DNA from: Methanobacteriota archaeon
Lineage (GTDB): Archaea; Thermoplasmatota; Poseidoniia; Poseidoniales; Poseidoniaceae
Direction of reading: 5' to 3'
Length of the DNA stretch: 64,000 nucleotides
Assembly: GCA_038130705.1 (NCBI GenBank)
Contig: JAYPOA010000001.1
Coordinates: 2,333 to 66,332, forward strand
Shown here: positions 28,332 to 38,744 of the stretch, one piece after another
Layout of the letters: every line of letters starts with the position of its first letter
Numbering within the stretch: position 1 is the first letter of the stretch
Program-made: the position numbers and the translations under genes
Notes under the pieces: generated by a model
Database searches by the model: none
Told to the model about the DNA's origin: nothing
Seen by the model: the letters and a program-made list of their open reading frames with translations, nothing else

Positions 28332-30229
28332 GCGCTCCAAAAAGAATAATGCAATTGGATGATTATACAATAGGACATATTGCTGCAGGTGAGGTTGTTG
28401 AAAGACCTGCGCAAGTAGTAAAAGAACTAATTGAAAATTCAATTGATGCTGGTTCTACACAAGTTTCTATAGATATTGAAAGGGGAGGATTTGACCTCAT
28501 CAAAATTTCAGATAACGGTTCAGGAATCCATCCAGATGACCTTTCTCTATGTTTAGACAGACATGCTACTAGTAAACTGAAATCACAAAGCGACCTCGCT
28601 GAGATATACACTCTTGGATTTAGAGGTGAAGCCCTTGCGAGTATAGGCATGGTAAGTAAAATAACCGTTTCATCCCGAATAAAAGAAGGTGAAGGATTTG
28701 CAATATCTATGGATAATGGAATCAAGAATTCTGTTTTGCCAATTGGGATGGGTGAAGGAACGATAATCTCAGTAGAGAATTTATTTGCGAAGCAACCAGC
28801 AAGACTCGCATTCCAGCGAAGGCCTTCAACAGAAGTTAGCAGAGTAGTAGACATAGTAATTTCACATGCAGTATCGAACAAAGATGTAGGTTTTCGTTTA
28901 ACAAATGATGACAAAATAATCCTCGATGTACCTGCGGTTTTAGAAATGGATGATCGGCTATACGACGTACTTGGCCATCAGGCAGGAAAAATGATACAAT
29001 TATTTTCACCAAAGATTGACGAAGATGCTCCCGGTGAAGAAGAGTGGTCTGGTTGGATTTCAACACCTGACATTACAAGAGGAAAAGGCGACGATATTCA
29101 TATTTTGATTAATTCAAGGCCGGTTGCAGCCCAACCTTTCTTGCAGACAATTAGAAGAGGATACAAAACGAGATTAATGCAGGGAAGACATCCTGTTGCT
29201 GTTTTGAATTTGGAAATCCCTCATCAGGAAGTTGACGTGAATGTACACCCAACAAAAAGTGAGGTGCGCCTAAAGAACTCCTGGAGGGTACTGGAAAGAT
29301 TGGAAAGGGCTATTTCTCATACTCTTGAATCAACCCCAACAGAACCCGAATCCAGTGGAGGAATCACAGGCATAGTCTCATTATCAAATAATAATGAAAT
29401 CAAACACAATACCAACAAACCGGCTTGGGCTACAACCGCTCAAATTTCATTATCCGGCGAAATTGCAAAGGAAGAAAAACAAAAGGTTCAACCAAGGCCG
29501 ATTTCAACCTCTGAATTTTCTCAACAAACAATAACTGGGCAGAAACCCACAGCTCCTGCTTTATCGTCAGAAGAAAGACAATTGCACAGACATGCTGGTA
29601 TGGATTCGGAAAATCCTGCAAATAGTAATCCAATCGGTCCTGTGATAAACGATTTACCAGAGATGGAACCATTGGCACAATTTGCGGATTCATATATTTT
29701 AGTTCAAACAAATGAGGAATTACTTCTGATTGACCAGCATGCACTTCATGAAAGGGTCAGATATGAAAGATTGAGACATAATGAAGAAATTTGGAAATCC
29801 CAACCAAGGATTAATTCAATTCCTCTTAATCTAGACGCAAGACAGCTATCAAGGCTTGAATCAAGAATAGAAGATTTTTCAAAGATAGGGTTTGAATTCA
29901 ATAAGACAAGTTCAGGATATGAAATAACAAGCGCTCCTGCAATTTTTGCTGCAGAAAACCTTGAGCCATTCATTCATGACATAATCCTCGACATGAATGA
30001 GGATGGTGCGCCACTTGAGACTCTAGAACAAAGAAAGGACCATTTTGCATTCCTCAACGCATGTAGGGGAGCCGTGAAAGCAAACGAAAAATTGAACCTC
30101 GCACAAATGCGTAGACTATTGGACGATATGAGGCGAATCCCTAACCCTTGGGCGTGCGTTCATGGAAGACCTACTGCCATGAGAATCCCACTTAATTCAT
30201 TAGACCATCACTTTGGAAGGCACGGATAA
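28328..30229 (+). CDS. mutL: DNA mismatch repair protein MutL
   Basis: GHKL ATPase N-terminus HIAAGEVVERPAQVVKELIENSIDAG. Overlaps mutS by 4 nt (ATGA). Confidence 0.92.
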   Translation: MSAPKRIMQLDDYTIGHIAAGEVVERPAQVVKELIENSIDAGSTQVSIDIERGGFDLIKISDNGSGIHPDDLSLCLDRHATSKLKSQSDLAEIYTLGFRGEALASIGMVSKITVSSRIKEGEGFAISMDNGIKNSVLPIGMGEGTIISVENLFAKQPARLAFQRRPSTEVSRVVDIVISHAVSNKDVGFRLTNDDKIILDVPAVLEMDDRLYDVLGHQAGKMIQLFSPKIDEDAPGEEEWSGWISTPDITRGKGDDIHILINSRPVAAQPFLQTIRRGYKTRLMQGRHPVAVLNLEIPHQEVDVNVHPTKSEVRLKNSWRVLERLERAISHTLESTPTEPESSGGITGIVSLSNNNEIKHNTNKPAWATTAQISLSGEIAKEEKQKVQPRPISTSEFSQQTITGQKPTAPALSSEERQLHRHAGMDSENPANSNPIGPVINDLPEMEPLAQFADSYILVQTNEELLLIDQHALHERVRYERLRHNEEIWKSQPRINSIPLNLDARQLSRLESRIEDFSKIGFEFNKTSSGYEITSAPAIFAAENLEPFIHDIILDMNEDGAPLETLEQRKDHFAFLNACRGAVKANEKLNLAQMRRLLDDMRRIPNPWACVHGRPTAMRIPLNSLDHHFGRHG

Positions 30230-30232
30230 ATT

Positions 30233-31372
30233 TCAATCCACAATCAAACCACAATTTTGCAATTGCTGAATGAAGGATGGCCAAGCAATTTCGTGTAAAT
30301 TCTTACCTTCAATAGTAGCTCCACAAATAGAGGCCAATATCACCGCAGTCATCTGTATTCGATGGTCGCGATAAGTCTTCACTATTTGTTTTGGAGTAAT
30401 TGGAGTCTGACCTCCAGGAATATGTAGGCCGTCCTCGGTTTCTTTACAGTTAATCGAGAACTGTTCAAGCATTTTTCTCGTACAGGTTATTCGGTTTGAT
30501 TCCTTGAATGTGGCATGTTTTGCACCGCTAATAGTGCCCCCATCTGTTAGCGCAAGTATTGCTGCTAATGGTGTAATCAGGTCGTTAGAGTCTTTTAGGT
30601 TTAAATTGTTCAAATCATGACCTATCAAATCCTCATCTTTTGGTGGATTTTCTATGTCCAGTCCTGCGAGTTTACAAAAAGCAGTCATTGAAGGGTCAGG
30701 TGGGATCTTAACATCGGGACAGTTTACAACCCAGGGCAATCCGATTTCTTTTGCACCAGTTAATTTACATAAATCCCAAGTAAGATCTGAATGCTTTTGT
30801 GAAACTGATTTACCTGTTGTTACCAATTCGAAGCCATTAGTCCTCGGAGTCATCAACAAAATTGAAGATAAGTATTGGGATGAAATAGAAGTATCTATTG
30901 TAATTTTTTCAGAAATTACAGGGCCTTTGACCTTCATCGGCAAAAAATCATCACCCAATCTAGCGTAGTTAATTTTTAGAGATTCTAAAAGTGGTAAGGA
31001 GGTTCTTACTCGGAGGCTTGAGTCTCCATCAAAGGTTATCTCACCGTCACATGTTGCTACCTGTCCAATCAAAAAACGCAAGGCGGTTCCACTATTTTTA
31101 CAGTCCAATGTATCGGTATTGAATTTCAATTCACCACCGCGCATAATTTTGTCTCGATATATCAGACCCAAATCAGACAAGCAATCTATCATAGCTTGTA
31201 CATCTTTGCCAATTTCATGCATTTTAATTTCGGTAGGGTTAGAATCCATACTTGCCAATAACAACCATCGCATTGCATGGCTTTTTGATGGTGGCAATTT
31301 CAAACTACCAACAAGTTTACTCGGCTTGATAGAAATTGATTGAAGGGAATCATCAATTTTATCACCGCTCAT
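30233..31372 (-). CDS. aroA: 3-phosphoshikimate 1-carboxyvinyltransferase (EPSP synthase), short form
   Basis: LPPSKSHAMRWLLLASM matches the LPGSKSxSxRxLxLAA opening of AroA. The rest shows the two-domain repeat pattern. Confidence 0.7.
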   Translation of the reverse strand: MSGDKIDDSLQSISIKPSKLVGSLKLPPSKSHAMRWLLLASMDSNPTEIKMHEIGKDVQAMIDCLSDLGLIYRDKIMRGGELKFNTDTLDCKNSGTALRFLIGQVATCDGEITFDGDSSLRVRTSLPLLESLKINYARLGDDFLPMKVKGPVISEKITIDTSISSQYLSSILLMTPRTNGFELVTTGKSVSQKHSDLTWDLCKLTGAKEIGLPWVVNCPDVKIPPDPSMTAFCKLAGLDIENPPKDEDLIGHDLNNLNLKDSNDLITPLAAILALTDGGTISGAKHATFKESNRITCTRKMLEQFSINCKETEDGLHIPGGQTPITPKQIVKTYRDHRIQMTAVILASICGATIEGKNLHEIAWPSFIQQLQNCGLIVD

Positions 31373-31465
31373 AGAGAATCCCCCGATATATGTGCCAAAT
31401 CCCCATTAGAAATGAATGGTTGTATGAGAGTATAATTCAAATGATTCAAACATCTCGAATGTAAT

Positions 31466-32437
31466 ATGGTCGAGGATAAGAGAGGTCGCCCATTTAGGGA
31501 CCTTCGTATTTCTCTGACCGACAGATGCAACATGAGATGCAGATATTGCATGCCACGTGAGCATTTCTCTGGAGACCATCAATTTCTGGACAAGAGTGAA
31601 ATTCTATCATATGAAGAAATTTCTTTCGTAGTCAAATCAATGTTGCCACTTGGATTAGAAAAAGTAAGATTGACAGGTGGAGAACCACTACTAAGAAGAG
31701 ACATTGGAGAACTAATTAGCCAGCTACCAAATAAATTAGACATAGCACTTACAACCAATGGATTACTTTTGGGAGATAATGCCGAGATGTTGATGAATTC
31801 CGGATTGGATAGAGTTACGGTCTCACTAGATGCGATCGATGTGAAAACTTTCCAAGAAATGGGAGATACAAAGGAAAATCCAGAGAAGGTCCTAAATGGA
31901 ATTCAATCTGCTTTGGATGTAGGATTACAAGTCAAGGTAAATACCGTAATAAGAAAGGGCATCAATGAGCACTCAGTGAATCAAATCTCCGAACATTTCG
32001 AAGGTACAGATGTAATAGTTCGATTCATCGAATTCATGGATGTGGGCGAAACTAATTCATGGGATTTGGAGGAGGTTTTCACAGGAGATGAAATGAGAAA
32101 ATTGCTTTTGCCATTATCTCCAATAAGTGGCAACTACGAAGGAGAAGTTGCAAATCGGTATCAAAAAGGATCACAAGAATTAGGATTTATCGAAAGTGTA
32201 TCCAAACCATTCTGCCACTCCTGTAATAGAGCAAGGCTATCTGCTGATGGCCAAATTTACACTTGTCTTTTTGCAAACAAAGGGAATGATTTGAAATCAT
32301 TAATCCGAATGGGTGCAACGGAATCTGATATTCAAAACGCGATGAAGACAATTTGGAGTAATAGGGATGATGCCTACTCTGAAAATAGAGGAAAGGTAAG
32401 CCATTCAAAGGTAGAGATGTCTTACATTGGTGGTTAA
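31466..32437 (+). CDS. moaA: GTP 3',8-cyclase MoaA (radical SAM)
   Basis: RDLRISLTDRCNMRCRYCMP has the CxxxCxxC radical-SAM motif, and the C-terminal Cys cluster CHSCNRARLSADGQIYTC is present. Confidence 0.9.
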   Translation: MVEDKRGRPFRDLRISLTDRCNMRCRYCMPREHFSGDHQFLDKSEILSYEEISFVVKSMLPLGLEKVRLTGGEPLLRRDIGELISQLPNKLDIALTTNGLLLGDNAEMLMNSGLDRVTVSLDAIDVKTFQEMGDTKENPEKVLNGIQSALDVGLQVKVNTVIRKGINEHSVNQISEHFEGTDVIVRFIEFMDVGETNSWDLEEVFTGDEMRKLLLPLSPISGNYEGEVANRYQKGSQELGFIESVSKPFCHSCNRARLSADGQIYTCLFANKGNDLKSLIRMGATESDIQNAMKTIWSNRDDAYSENRGKVSHSKVEMSYIGG

Positions 32438-32931
32438 CTCTCGATTACAGGTAGTCTCAGTTTTCCAAGTACTGTATTACTGCCCGTATCTACTAATTCG
32501 AGAGTGTGGTGGCCAGTATTACAATCCAAATTCTGACAATTTATTACAAAATAATCTCCTTTTGTCACAGACCATCCTGCATCTCTATCATGGAATGAAA
32601 TGTTTGCTCCAACCGTGCCATATACATCGGCGTCATCTGCAAATCCAGAGGAGTCGACTAATCTGCTTCCACTCATGTTTACAATCGACCACTTGATTTT
32701 TGCAGGGTCAAGAGACTGGTCAATACTTGTTATGGTTACAACGTGATATCCATTGGATAAACCTCTAACCGAGAATGACGCCTTAGGGTCATCTTTTTCT
32801 ACGCTGTCAAAAGTACTTGACATCATTATGAAAACCATGCTTGAAAGTAACACAGTGATTGCAAGTAATAACACAGTAGCAATGACAGGGCTTACTGCTT
32901 CTTCGTCCCTGTGCATGTCTAATCCCATCAC
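32434..32931 (-). CDS. Archaeal type IV pilin-like protein (class III signal peptide)
   Basis: DEEAVSPVIATVLLLAITVLLSSMVFIMM is a short charged leader followed by the hydrophobic helix typical of archaeal pilin/archaellin precursors. Confidence 0.55.
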   Translation of the reverse strand: MMGLDMHRDEEAVSPVIATVLLLAITVLLSSMVFIMMSSTFDSVEKDDPKASFSVRGLSNGYHVVTITSIDQSLDPAKIKWSIVNMSGSRLVDSSGFADDADVYGTVGANISFHDRDAGWSVTKGDYFVINCQNLDCNTGHHTLELVDTGSNTVLGKLRLPVIES

Positions 32932-32985
32932 TTCGATACTATTGAATCAACCGCTAATTTTGGTTACCTAGTACTAATTTTTCTA

Positions 32986-34092
32986 TCACACTATCCACAG
33001 CATACGTCTACAAGTGACAGCTCTCCAAATGATTCCTTTTGTCAGTCTGTTGAATAAAAGATTCAGAATAAAGTCGGGAAGCCTGAACATCAAACTACCT
33101 AATTTGAATGAAAATTTTGAATTTCTCATGACCTTACCCATTTGTTTTTTCCATCTCTTTTCATATTCATGCAAAGATGTGCCGTTTTGTAAATGTTCAC
33201 AGATAACTTGTCCAGCAATCCTTCCTCCAATCATTGCTATAGTAATCCCGGCACCATTGGATGGAAGAACCATTCCAGCAGAATCTCCAACAATTAGGTA
33301 ATTATCTTTGACGAAATTCTTGACAGTTCCAGACATTGGTAGCGAGCCCGCGCCTCTGAAAGTAATTTCGCCATCGTATTTCGAAACAAATTCATCTGTA
33401 TATTGATTGAGGTTCTTTTTCTTGGAAAAGCTCCTTTGGATCCCAAGCCCTATGTTTGCTCCATCGCATTTCGGAAACATCCATGCGTAACCACCAGGAG
33501 CCATTGAACCAAAATGTAGTTCAACGGCGTCACCAAAATCACCATCCATTAACACAAATTTGACAGGTATTTTCAAGGATTTTTCATTCCAGTAATCCCT
33601 CCTAATTGGACCATTATGTCCAGCCGCATCTACAATTATTTTAGCTGAATATTTGTCGCCATTTTTCAAAAGAACATCATTACCAGATACCTTTTCAACC
33701 CTCGAATCGACAAGAAATGTTGCTCCAGATTTTTTTGCCATTTCTACTAAGTTTTCGTCATGAGCAACTCGATTTAGCATATATCCTTCAAAATCGAAAA
33801 TTAAAGGTTTACCTGAAGGAGGTACGATGTGCATTTTGTCTACCTTACGAGATATAGCGTGTTCAGGAGTTTGGTACAAGTCATCAACATCTGGTACATC
33901 AGGACATAATCTCTTCATTTCTTCATTTGTTGGGACTAATTCTCCACATTGTAGAGGTGAGCCAATCGGGTCCCTCCCATCTATTACGAGGACATCCAAT
34001 CCTCCTTCAGAAGCATACCTCGCTACTGTACTCCCTGCAGGGCCACCACCAATTACAATGACGTCTGCATCGAAATTTGTTGAAATTTCCAT
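32986..34092 (-). CDS. Geranylgeranyl reductase family FAD-dependent oxidoreductase
   Basis: DADVIVIGGGPAGSTVARYASEGGLDVLVID Rossmann motif. The start was trimmed to MEISTNF to avoid overlap with the next gene. Confidence 0.82.
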   Translation of the reverse strand: MEISTNFDADVIVIGGGPAGSTVARYASEGGLDVLVIDGRDPIGSPLQCGELVPTNEEMKRLCPDVPDVDDLYQTPEHAISRKVDKMHIVPPSGKPLIFDFEGYMLNRVAHDENLVEMAKKSGATFLVDSRVEKVSGNDVLLKNGDKYSAKIIVDAAGHNGPIRRDYWNEKSLKIPVKFVLMDGDFGDAVELHFGSMAPGGYAWMFPKCDGANIGLGIQRSFSKKKNLNQYTDEFVSKYDGEITFRGAGSLPMSGTVKNFVKDNYLIVGDSAGMVLPSNGAGITIAMIGGRIAGQVICEHLQNGTSLHEYEKRWKKQMGKVMRNSKFSFKLGSLMFRLPDFILNLLFNRLTKGIIWRAVTCRRMLWIV

Positions 34093-34096
34093 CACC

Positions 34097-35071
34097 TCAA
34101 GAATTCCTATCCCTAACCATTGATATAACAAAAGAAAGTAAGGTTTTTGCTTCACAATCATCGAAATTTTCGAGATAATTTTTTGCCCTTTGAAGGTGAT
34201 TATTTACCAAAATTTCTGAGTAGTTCATGCTATCTCCAATATTCAATAATTCAATCAACCTGTCAAACTTGGTATCATCAAAATTTGTGATTATGTTAGC
34301 TAGTTCTTCTCTTTCTGGTCCGTGAAGAATAGTTAATGCATGTATTAGCGGTAAAGTCATTTTACCTTCGTACACGTCACTACCTCTATTTTTTCCAATT
34401 CGTTCGTCTCCTGTAATATCCAACAGGTCATCGACCAATTGGAAGGCAATCCCTAATTCCATTCCAAACTGGAATAATTTGTCACACTGTTTTGAATCAG
34501 AATTTGCGACCATCGCTGCTCCTTTCGCAGCGGCAGCAAATGGCCCTGCTGTTTTGCCCCTTACGATTTGTAAGTAGTCTTCTGGCGTTGTTGCCAAATT
34601 CAATACATGATCTATTTGCATGAATTCAGCACTCGCTATCTCGGCACAGCAATTTGCCATTACTCTAACAACATCTTCATCATATATGCCACCTAAGCCA
34701 AATCCTTGAACAAATAACCAATCACCGCCTATTATGGCTTTGGCTTGACCTACCAAAGAATGCATTGTAGGCCTGCCTCTCCGAACATCTGAATTATCAT
34801 TTATGTCATCATGAACAAGTGTCGCAGTGTGGATTAACTCAAATGCCATAGATAGGGGCAAAATCTCCTCGAAATCTTCACCACCAGCAAGTTGGTACAC
34901 GAGATAGGTAATTATCGGACGCAATCTTTTCCCGCCCGCTAGAAGGATCTCTCCAGAAACTTCTGCAACATGACCGTAAATTGATTTCTGTTCTTCGATT
35001 AATGACTCAAGATTTGCATTGATAATTACTCGAATTTCTTCGAGTTTATCCATTGCAACATCTGCGTCCAT
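34097..35071 (-). CDS. idsA: Polyprenyl (geranylgeranyl) diphosphate synthase
   Basis: First and second Asp-rich motifs LVHDDINDNSD and FQLVDDLLDITGD. Confidence 0.85.
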   Translation of the reverse strand: MDADVAMDKLEEIRVIINANLESLIEEQKSIYGHVAEVSGEILLAGGKRLRPIITYLVYQLAGGEDFEEILPLSMAFELIHTATLVHDDINDNSDVRRGRPTMHSLVGQAKAIIGGDWLFVQGFGLGGIYDEDVVRVMANCCAEIASAEFMQIDHVLNLATTPEDYLQIVRGKTAGPFAAAAKGAAMVANSDSKQCDKLFQFGMELGIAFQLVDDLLDITGDERIGKNRGSDVYEGKMTLPLIHALTILHGPEREELANIITNFDDTKFDRLIELLNIGDSMNYSEILVNNHLQRAKNYLENFDDCEAKTLLSFVISMVRDRNS

Positions 35072-35151
35072 GCACCTTGCGACAAGGGTCGACTTCTTAA
35101 TGAGTGGTTGACGCCCACAAACTGCTGGAGTAATCCGGCCGAGGTGATCCG

Positions 35152-36264
35152 TTGGAATCTAATAACAGGTTTGAGATACTTGTTGCTCCAGAAAATGGTG
35201 ACGGTGTTCACAATCAAATCGTTAAGTTGCTATCGAACAAATCAGAAAATATTGAGCTTGAAGCAAAACATATCCCTCACATCGAATCTGCCATTTCACT
35301 TCTGAAACAAGGACATGGTGACCTTGTAGCAGTTTCTGGAAAATGGTGGTACGAAAACAAAGATTCCGAATTATCCGCAAAATTAGTTTTACCGCGTAGA
35401 GAACCAACGAGAGTATTGGTCGGCGAAAATAAACCTGAATATCTACCAAAATCAGCCATCATAATAGCTGATTCAGAGCTTGTCAAGAGACAATTGCTTA
35501 GATTTAGGAATGATTTGAAGATTTCACTTCCAAACGAAATCGAGAATTGTCCCGATAGAGATCTGGAATTAGTATCCCATTTAGAAAAAATGAGACTACA
35601 AGGTGAAATAGATAGCTATGTAACAACAAGATCACTATATTCATCTCTCGGAAGTAAATCAAGAAGGCACACGCTTGGACTACAGAAAAATAATGAAGAA
35701 AGAGCTCGTTTCATTCCAGTACCACTAGAAGGCTACACGATTTTGCTTACAAGACAAGATTTTCCTCATTCGAAATTAAATTCTATAATTGATGTTGGTG
35801 CTACACTTTCATTCAGATTAGAAATGACAATTTTAGACAACGTACCTCAAAACATGCATGATAAAGTTGGATTGTATATCGAACAAAGGAAGTTAGGTGC
35901 TCTATTGAGAGAGGCAAACAAAGCAGGCGATGAATTTGCGTTGAGAGAAATTTCGATTCACCAGAAGAAACATTCGGAAAATAAAACAAGAATTGAATTA
36001 TTTCTTGAAACAATAAACAAAGATGGAACAGTTACTGCATCAGTTGATAGAGTATTTACAATCGAAGAAAGCCATTCTGCACTCGTAACCGCATTGAAAG
36101 ACTGGACTCAAATGATTGAAATTTTAATGGAAAAACCGACTGAAGAAAAAAGAGGTCGGATGAAAGAAATCATGGATGTTTACATTCAATCCATGATAGA
36201 ACAAAAGCGAATTAATGAAGACGAAATATTCGACTCAAAGTTAGATGAATCTGATTTTGAGTGA
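35152..36264 (+). CDS. Hypothetical protein (possible TTG start)
   Basis: Long clean ORF. There is a weak positional resemblance to the hydroxymethylbilane synthase fold, which I treat as unsupported. Confidence 0.35.
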   Translation: MESNNRFEILVAPENGDGVHNQIVKLLSNKSENIELEAKHIPHIESAISLLKQGHGDLVAVSGKWWYENKDSELSAKLVLPRREPTRVLVGENKPEYLPKSAIIIADSELVKRQLLRFRNDLKISLPNEIENCPDRDLELVSHLEKMRLQGEIDSYVTTRSLYSSLGSKSRRHTLGLQKNNEERARFIPVPLEGYTILLTRQDFPHSKLNSIIDVGATLSFRLEMTILDNVPQNMHDKVGLYIEQRKLGALLREANKAGDEFALREISIHQKKHSENKTRIELFLETINKDGTVTASVDRVFTIEESHSALVTALKDWTQMIEILMEKPTEEKRGRMKEIMDVYIQSMIEQKRINEDEIFDSKLDESDFE

Positions 36265-36882
36265 CTAATCTTCACCTGTCAATTCTCTAATCCTCTGACG
36301 CGATTTTTCAATATTTTCAGGATCTCGATTTTCTCCTGCTAAAATTACATCATAGCCGTTATTATTCATTTCTCGGCTCAAACTAACTAATTCAATAGGT
36401 GGATTTGCATCAACGACTTCTGCAATTGATTCATCGATTTCTCTTGCTGAGGATTCCCATGAACCTGACATTTTCAGCAAGTCTTTTGCCATTCTTTCAA
36501 TGATGTCAACAGCAGATGGGGGCCTGGCCAAGGCACCTTGTATTCGTGCTACTGAGTCCATATGCAATGTTCTCAATTCACCCAGTCTTGCTGCTGTAGC
36601 GAGAATTTGAGTAACCATTGTTTCCCTATCCCCGCCTTTGACTAATTTTTTGCGAGATTTCTCCAATTCTTTTAGAACTTCTGAGGAACCCGCAACAATG
36701 GCATCTTGAATTGAAGATACTTCATTAAGGATTTTTTGTACAGACTCGACCCTATCTTTCATCTCTTCTTCGAGTCTTATTTCCTCTCTTCTGAAATCTT
36801 GCTTAATCGAATTAACGATTCCTGCGGAGAGCGCAGTAGCCTCTTTTAGCGATGATTTTGCGGCCCTTTCATAACGCCCCAT
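36265..36882 (-). CDS. Hypothetical coiled-coil protein
   Basis: Predicted helical and charged. No family assigned. Confidence 0.35.
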   Translation of the reverse strand: MGRYERAAKSSLKEATALSAGIVNSIKQDFRREEIRLEEEMKDRVESVQKILNEVSSIQDAIVAGSSEVLKELEKSRKKLVKGGDRETMVTQILATAARLGELRTLHMDSVARIQGALARPPSAVDIIERMAKDLLKMSGSWESSAREIDESIAEVVDANPPIELVSLSREMNNNGYDVILAGENRDPENIEKSRQRIRELTGED

Positions 36883-37001
36883 AACTCGGCCTCAACAACC
36901 GTTGTGAAGACAAGGGTTTCAATATGTTGACGCTTTTGTAAATTAGAGGTCTGAAATAGAAAAAATAGTGCGATAATCGCCATTTTTTTTCTCGTTGGAG
37001 G

Positions 37002-38744
37002 GTGCAACCTCAAATATGTAGAGTGAACGAATATCTCCGAGGTAGTTGTATGGGGGACAAAGGGACTCTACTTTCAGAACTCCATCAAGCAAGACTTGAG
37101 ACGCTGAAAGAGATGTGCCTCAAACACGGAATCTCTCGTAATGGCCCAGTCGAAGTGATAAGAGCTAGACTGATTACAGAACTAATTTTAGACGAATGGG
37201 ACCTATCTCCAGAAGGTCTTAATTCAATCATGAATAACCAAATGGGAGATATCCTTGCAGTTTATGGAGTAAAGAAGTCAGGTTCTATAAGAGAGCGTAA
37301 ACAAAGGCTATATCTCCATCTGAATCATGATCCTAAACAGTTATCACCAGAAAAACTGGATGAACTATCCAGAGAAAAATTACACGAACTGTGTGTAAAG
37401 TTAGACCTACCACGGTCGGGAACCAAGCAAGCATTACTGCTGAGAGTTGCCGGTGTTTTAACCTCCCAAAATGGTTCATGGGGAGTAATCAAGAAAAGTC
37501 TAAGGAGACCAAGAGGGAAAGTAAAGGCGATTGCAATTCCTTCTCCTGATGACGAAATAGAAATGGCGGTTACTACTGAACCTAAGCCTTCTCCACAAAT
37601 AATCGAAGAAGTTATTGAAATTCTTGATGAACCCATTGTCGAAGTTATTCAAACTCCTCCTGTGATTGAATACGAACCTGAAAAAGTAGATATTCCAGAA
37701 CAAGTTTATGTTGAAACAATCAATCCTGAACCAGTTATGGAATATACTGAATCTGTAATGGAAATAGAAGCACGAATTGCTGAAGTAGATGCCCTGTGCA
37801 GAGAATTCTTGTTAGTTGGTTCGGTTCATGATATAGAAGATGTAGAAGCATTCATTTCAAGCCTCTCTAACCACGGAATTAACGTTGAGGACCCAAATGT
37901 TTCAAACTTTGTAAGAGGACGGTTGTCGGAATTAAATCTGGTCGCTATTGCTGAAAAAGAAGCAATTAATTCACTTCCTAATTCTTGGAGGGAGAGAGAA
38001 GCTCTTCGAAGGTTCGAGGAAGCAAGACAGGTTCTGCGAGATTCGCTTCCTGAAATTATTGCAGAACACTCTGGAGATATGGTCAAAGCAAGAGTGGCAT
38101 TTGAAGACAAAGCAAGAAGCTTAGCACTCGATTTGAGACTACCTTCGGTATCAGGCAGATTACACGCTTTGTTTGACCTGCAGATTTCTTTAGACGAAGA
38201 AATTGCTTCAACAGATCCTAAGACCGCAAGAAGAACAAGGGTTGCAAGAATATTACAACACGGTGCTATTCATTTAACTTCAGAACAACGTTCGAGCTTG
38301 GATAGATTGGAAAGAAATATGGATGGTTTCGAGCAACTTGCAATTACAATATTTGAACGTTCAGAAGGAGTATACGGAGAGTCTCAACAAGCATTGATTA
38401 TTAGATTCTTGGAAAAGAAAGGCTACAATGTAAACACTGCTGACCTTAGGCCTAGAGTTGTAGCAGCAGCAGGAATAATAGGAGCAGAGCTAGGATTTAT
38501 TTCACCAGCAGACATTCCAAGGCTCGCTCCTGGAATCAAAGTTTCAGATACGGAAGTCGAATCAATAATTACCGATTTGAAGAGACTTGCACAGCAATTC
38601 AAACCTCAAAATGATGAACCTCAAGATGAAGAAGAAGAATTAGCGGAATCTGTTGCTGATGCTTCTGATAGAGTTTCCTCAATTAAGAGAAAAATCGACG
38701 GAGTTGATGACCTCCTTGCAAGGTTAAAGATTTCAAACAACTAA
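37002..38744 (+). CDS. Protein with two N-terminal SAP/HeH-like helix-extended-helix motifs and an acidic C-terminal tail
   Basis: LKEMCLKHGISRNGPVEVIRARLITELI and LHELCVKLDLPRSGTKQALLLRVAGVL. The C-terminus reads QNDEPQDEEEELAE. Confidence 0.45.
   Translation: MQPQICRVNEYLRGSCMGDKGTLLSELHQARLETLKEMCLKHGISRNGPVEVIRARLITELILDEWDLSPEGLNSIMNNQMGDILAVYGVKKSGSIRERKQRLYLHLNHDPKQLSPEKLDELSREKLHELCVKLDLPRSGTKQALLLRVAGVLTSQNGSWGVIKKSLRRPRGKVKAIAIPSPDDEIEMAVTTEPKPSPQIIEEVIEILDEPIVEVIQTPPVIEYEPEKVDIPEQVYVETINPEPVMEYTESVMEIEARIAEVDALCREFLLVGSVHDIEDVEAFISSLSNHGINVEDPNVSNFVRGRLSELNLVAIAEKEAINSLPNSWREREALRRFEEARQVLRDSLPEIIAEHSGDMVKARVAFEDKARSLALDLRLPSVSGRLHALFDLQISLDEEIASTDPKTARRTRVARILQHGAIHLTSEQRSSLDRLERNMDGFEQLAITIFERSEGVYGESQQALIIRFLEKKGYNVNTADLRPRVVAAAGIIGAELGFISPADIPRLAPGIKVSDTEVESIITDLKRLAQQFKPQNDEPQDEEEELAESVADASDRVSSIKRKIDGVDDLLARLKISNN

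Noticed and set aside
35152-36264. Possible hydroxymethylbilane synthase (HemC)
   Set aside because: I see only a loose positional resemblance (LP.S.I..S..R.Q.L....GE.D). There is no conserved catalytic or cofactor-binding Cys region and the length fits poorly, so it stays a hypothetical protein.
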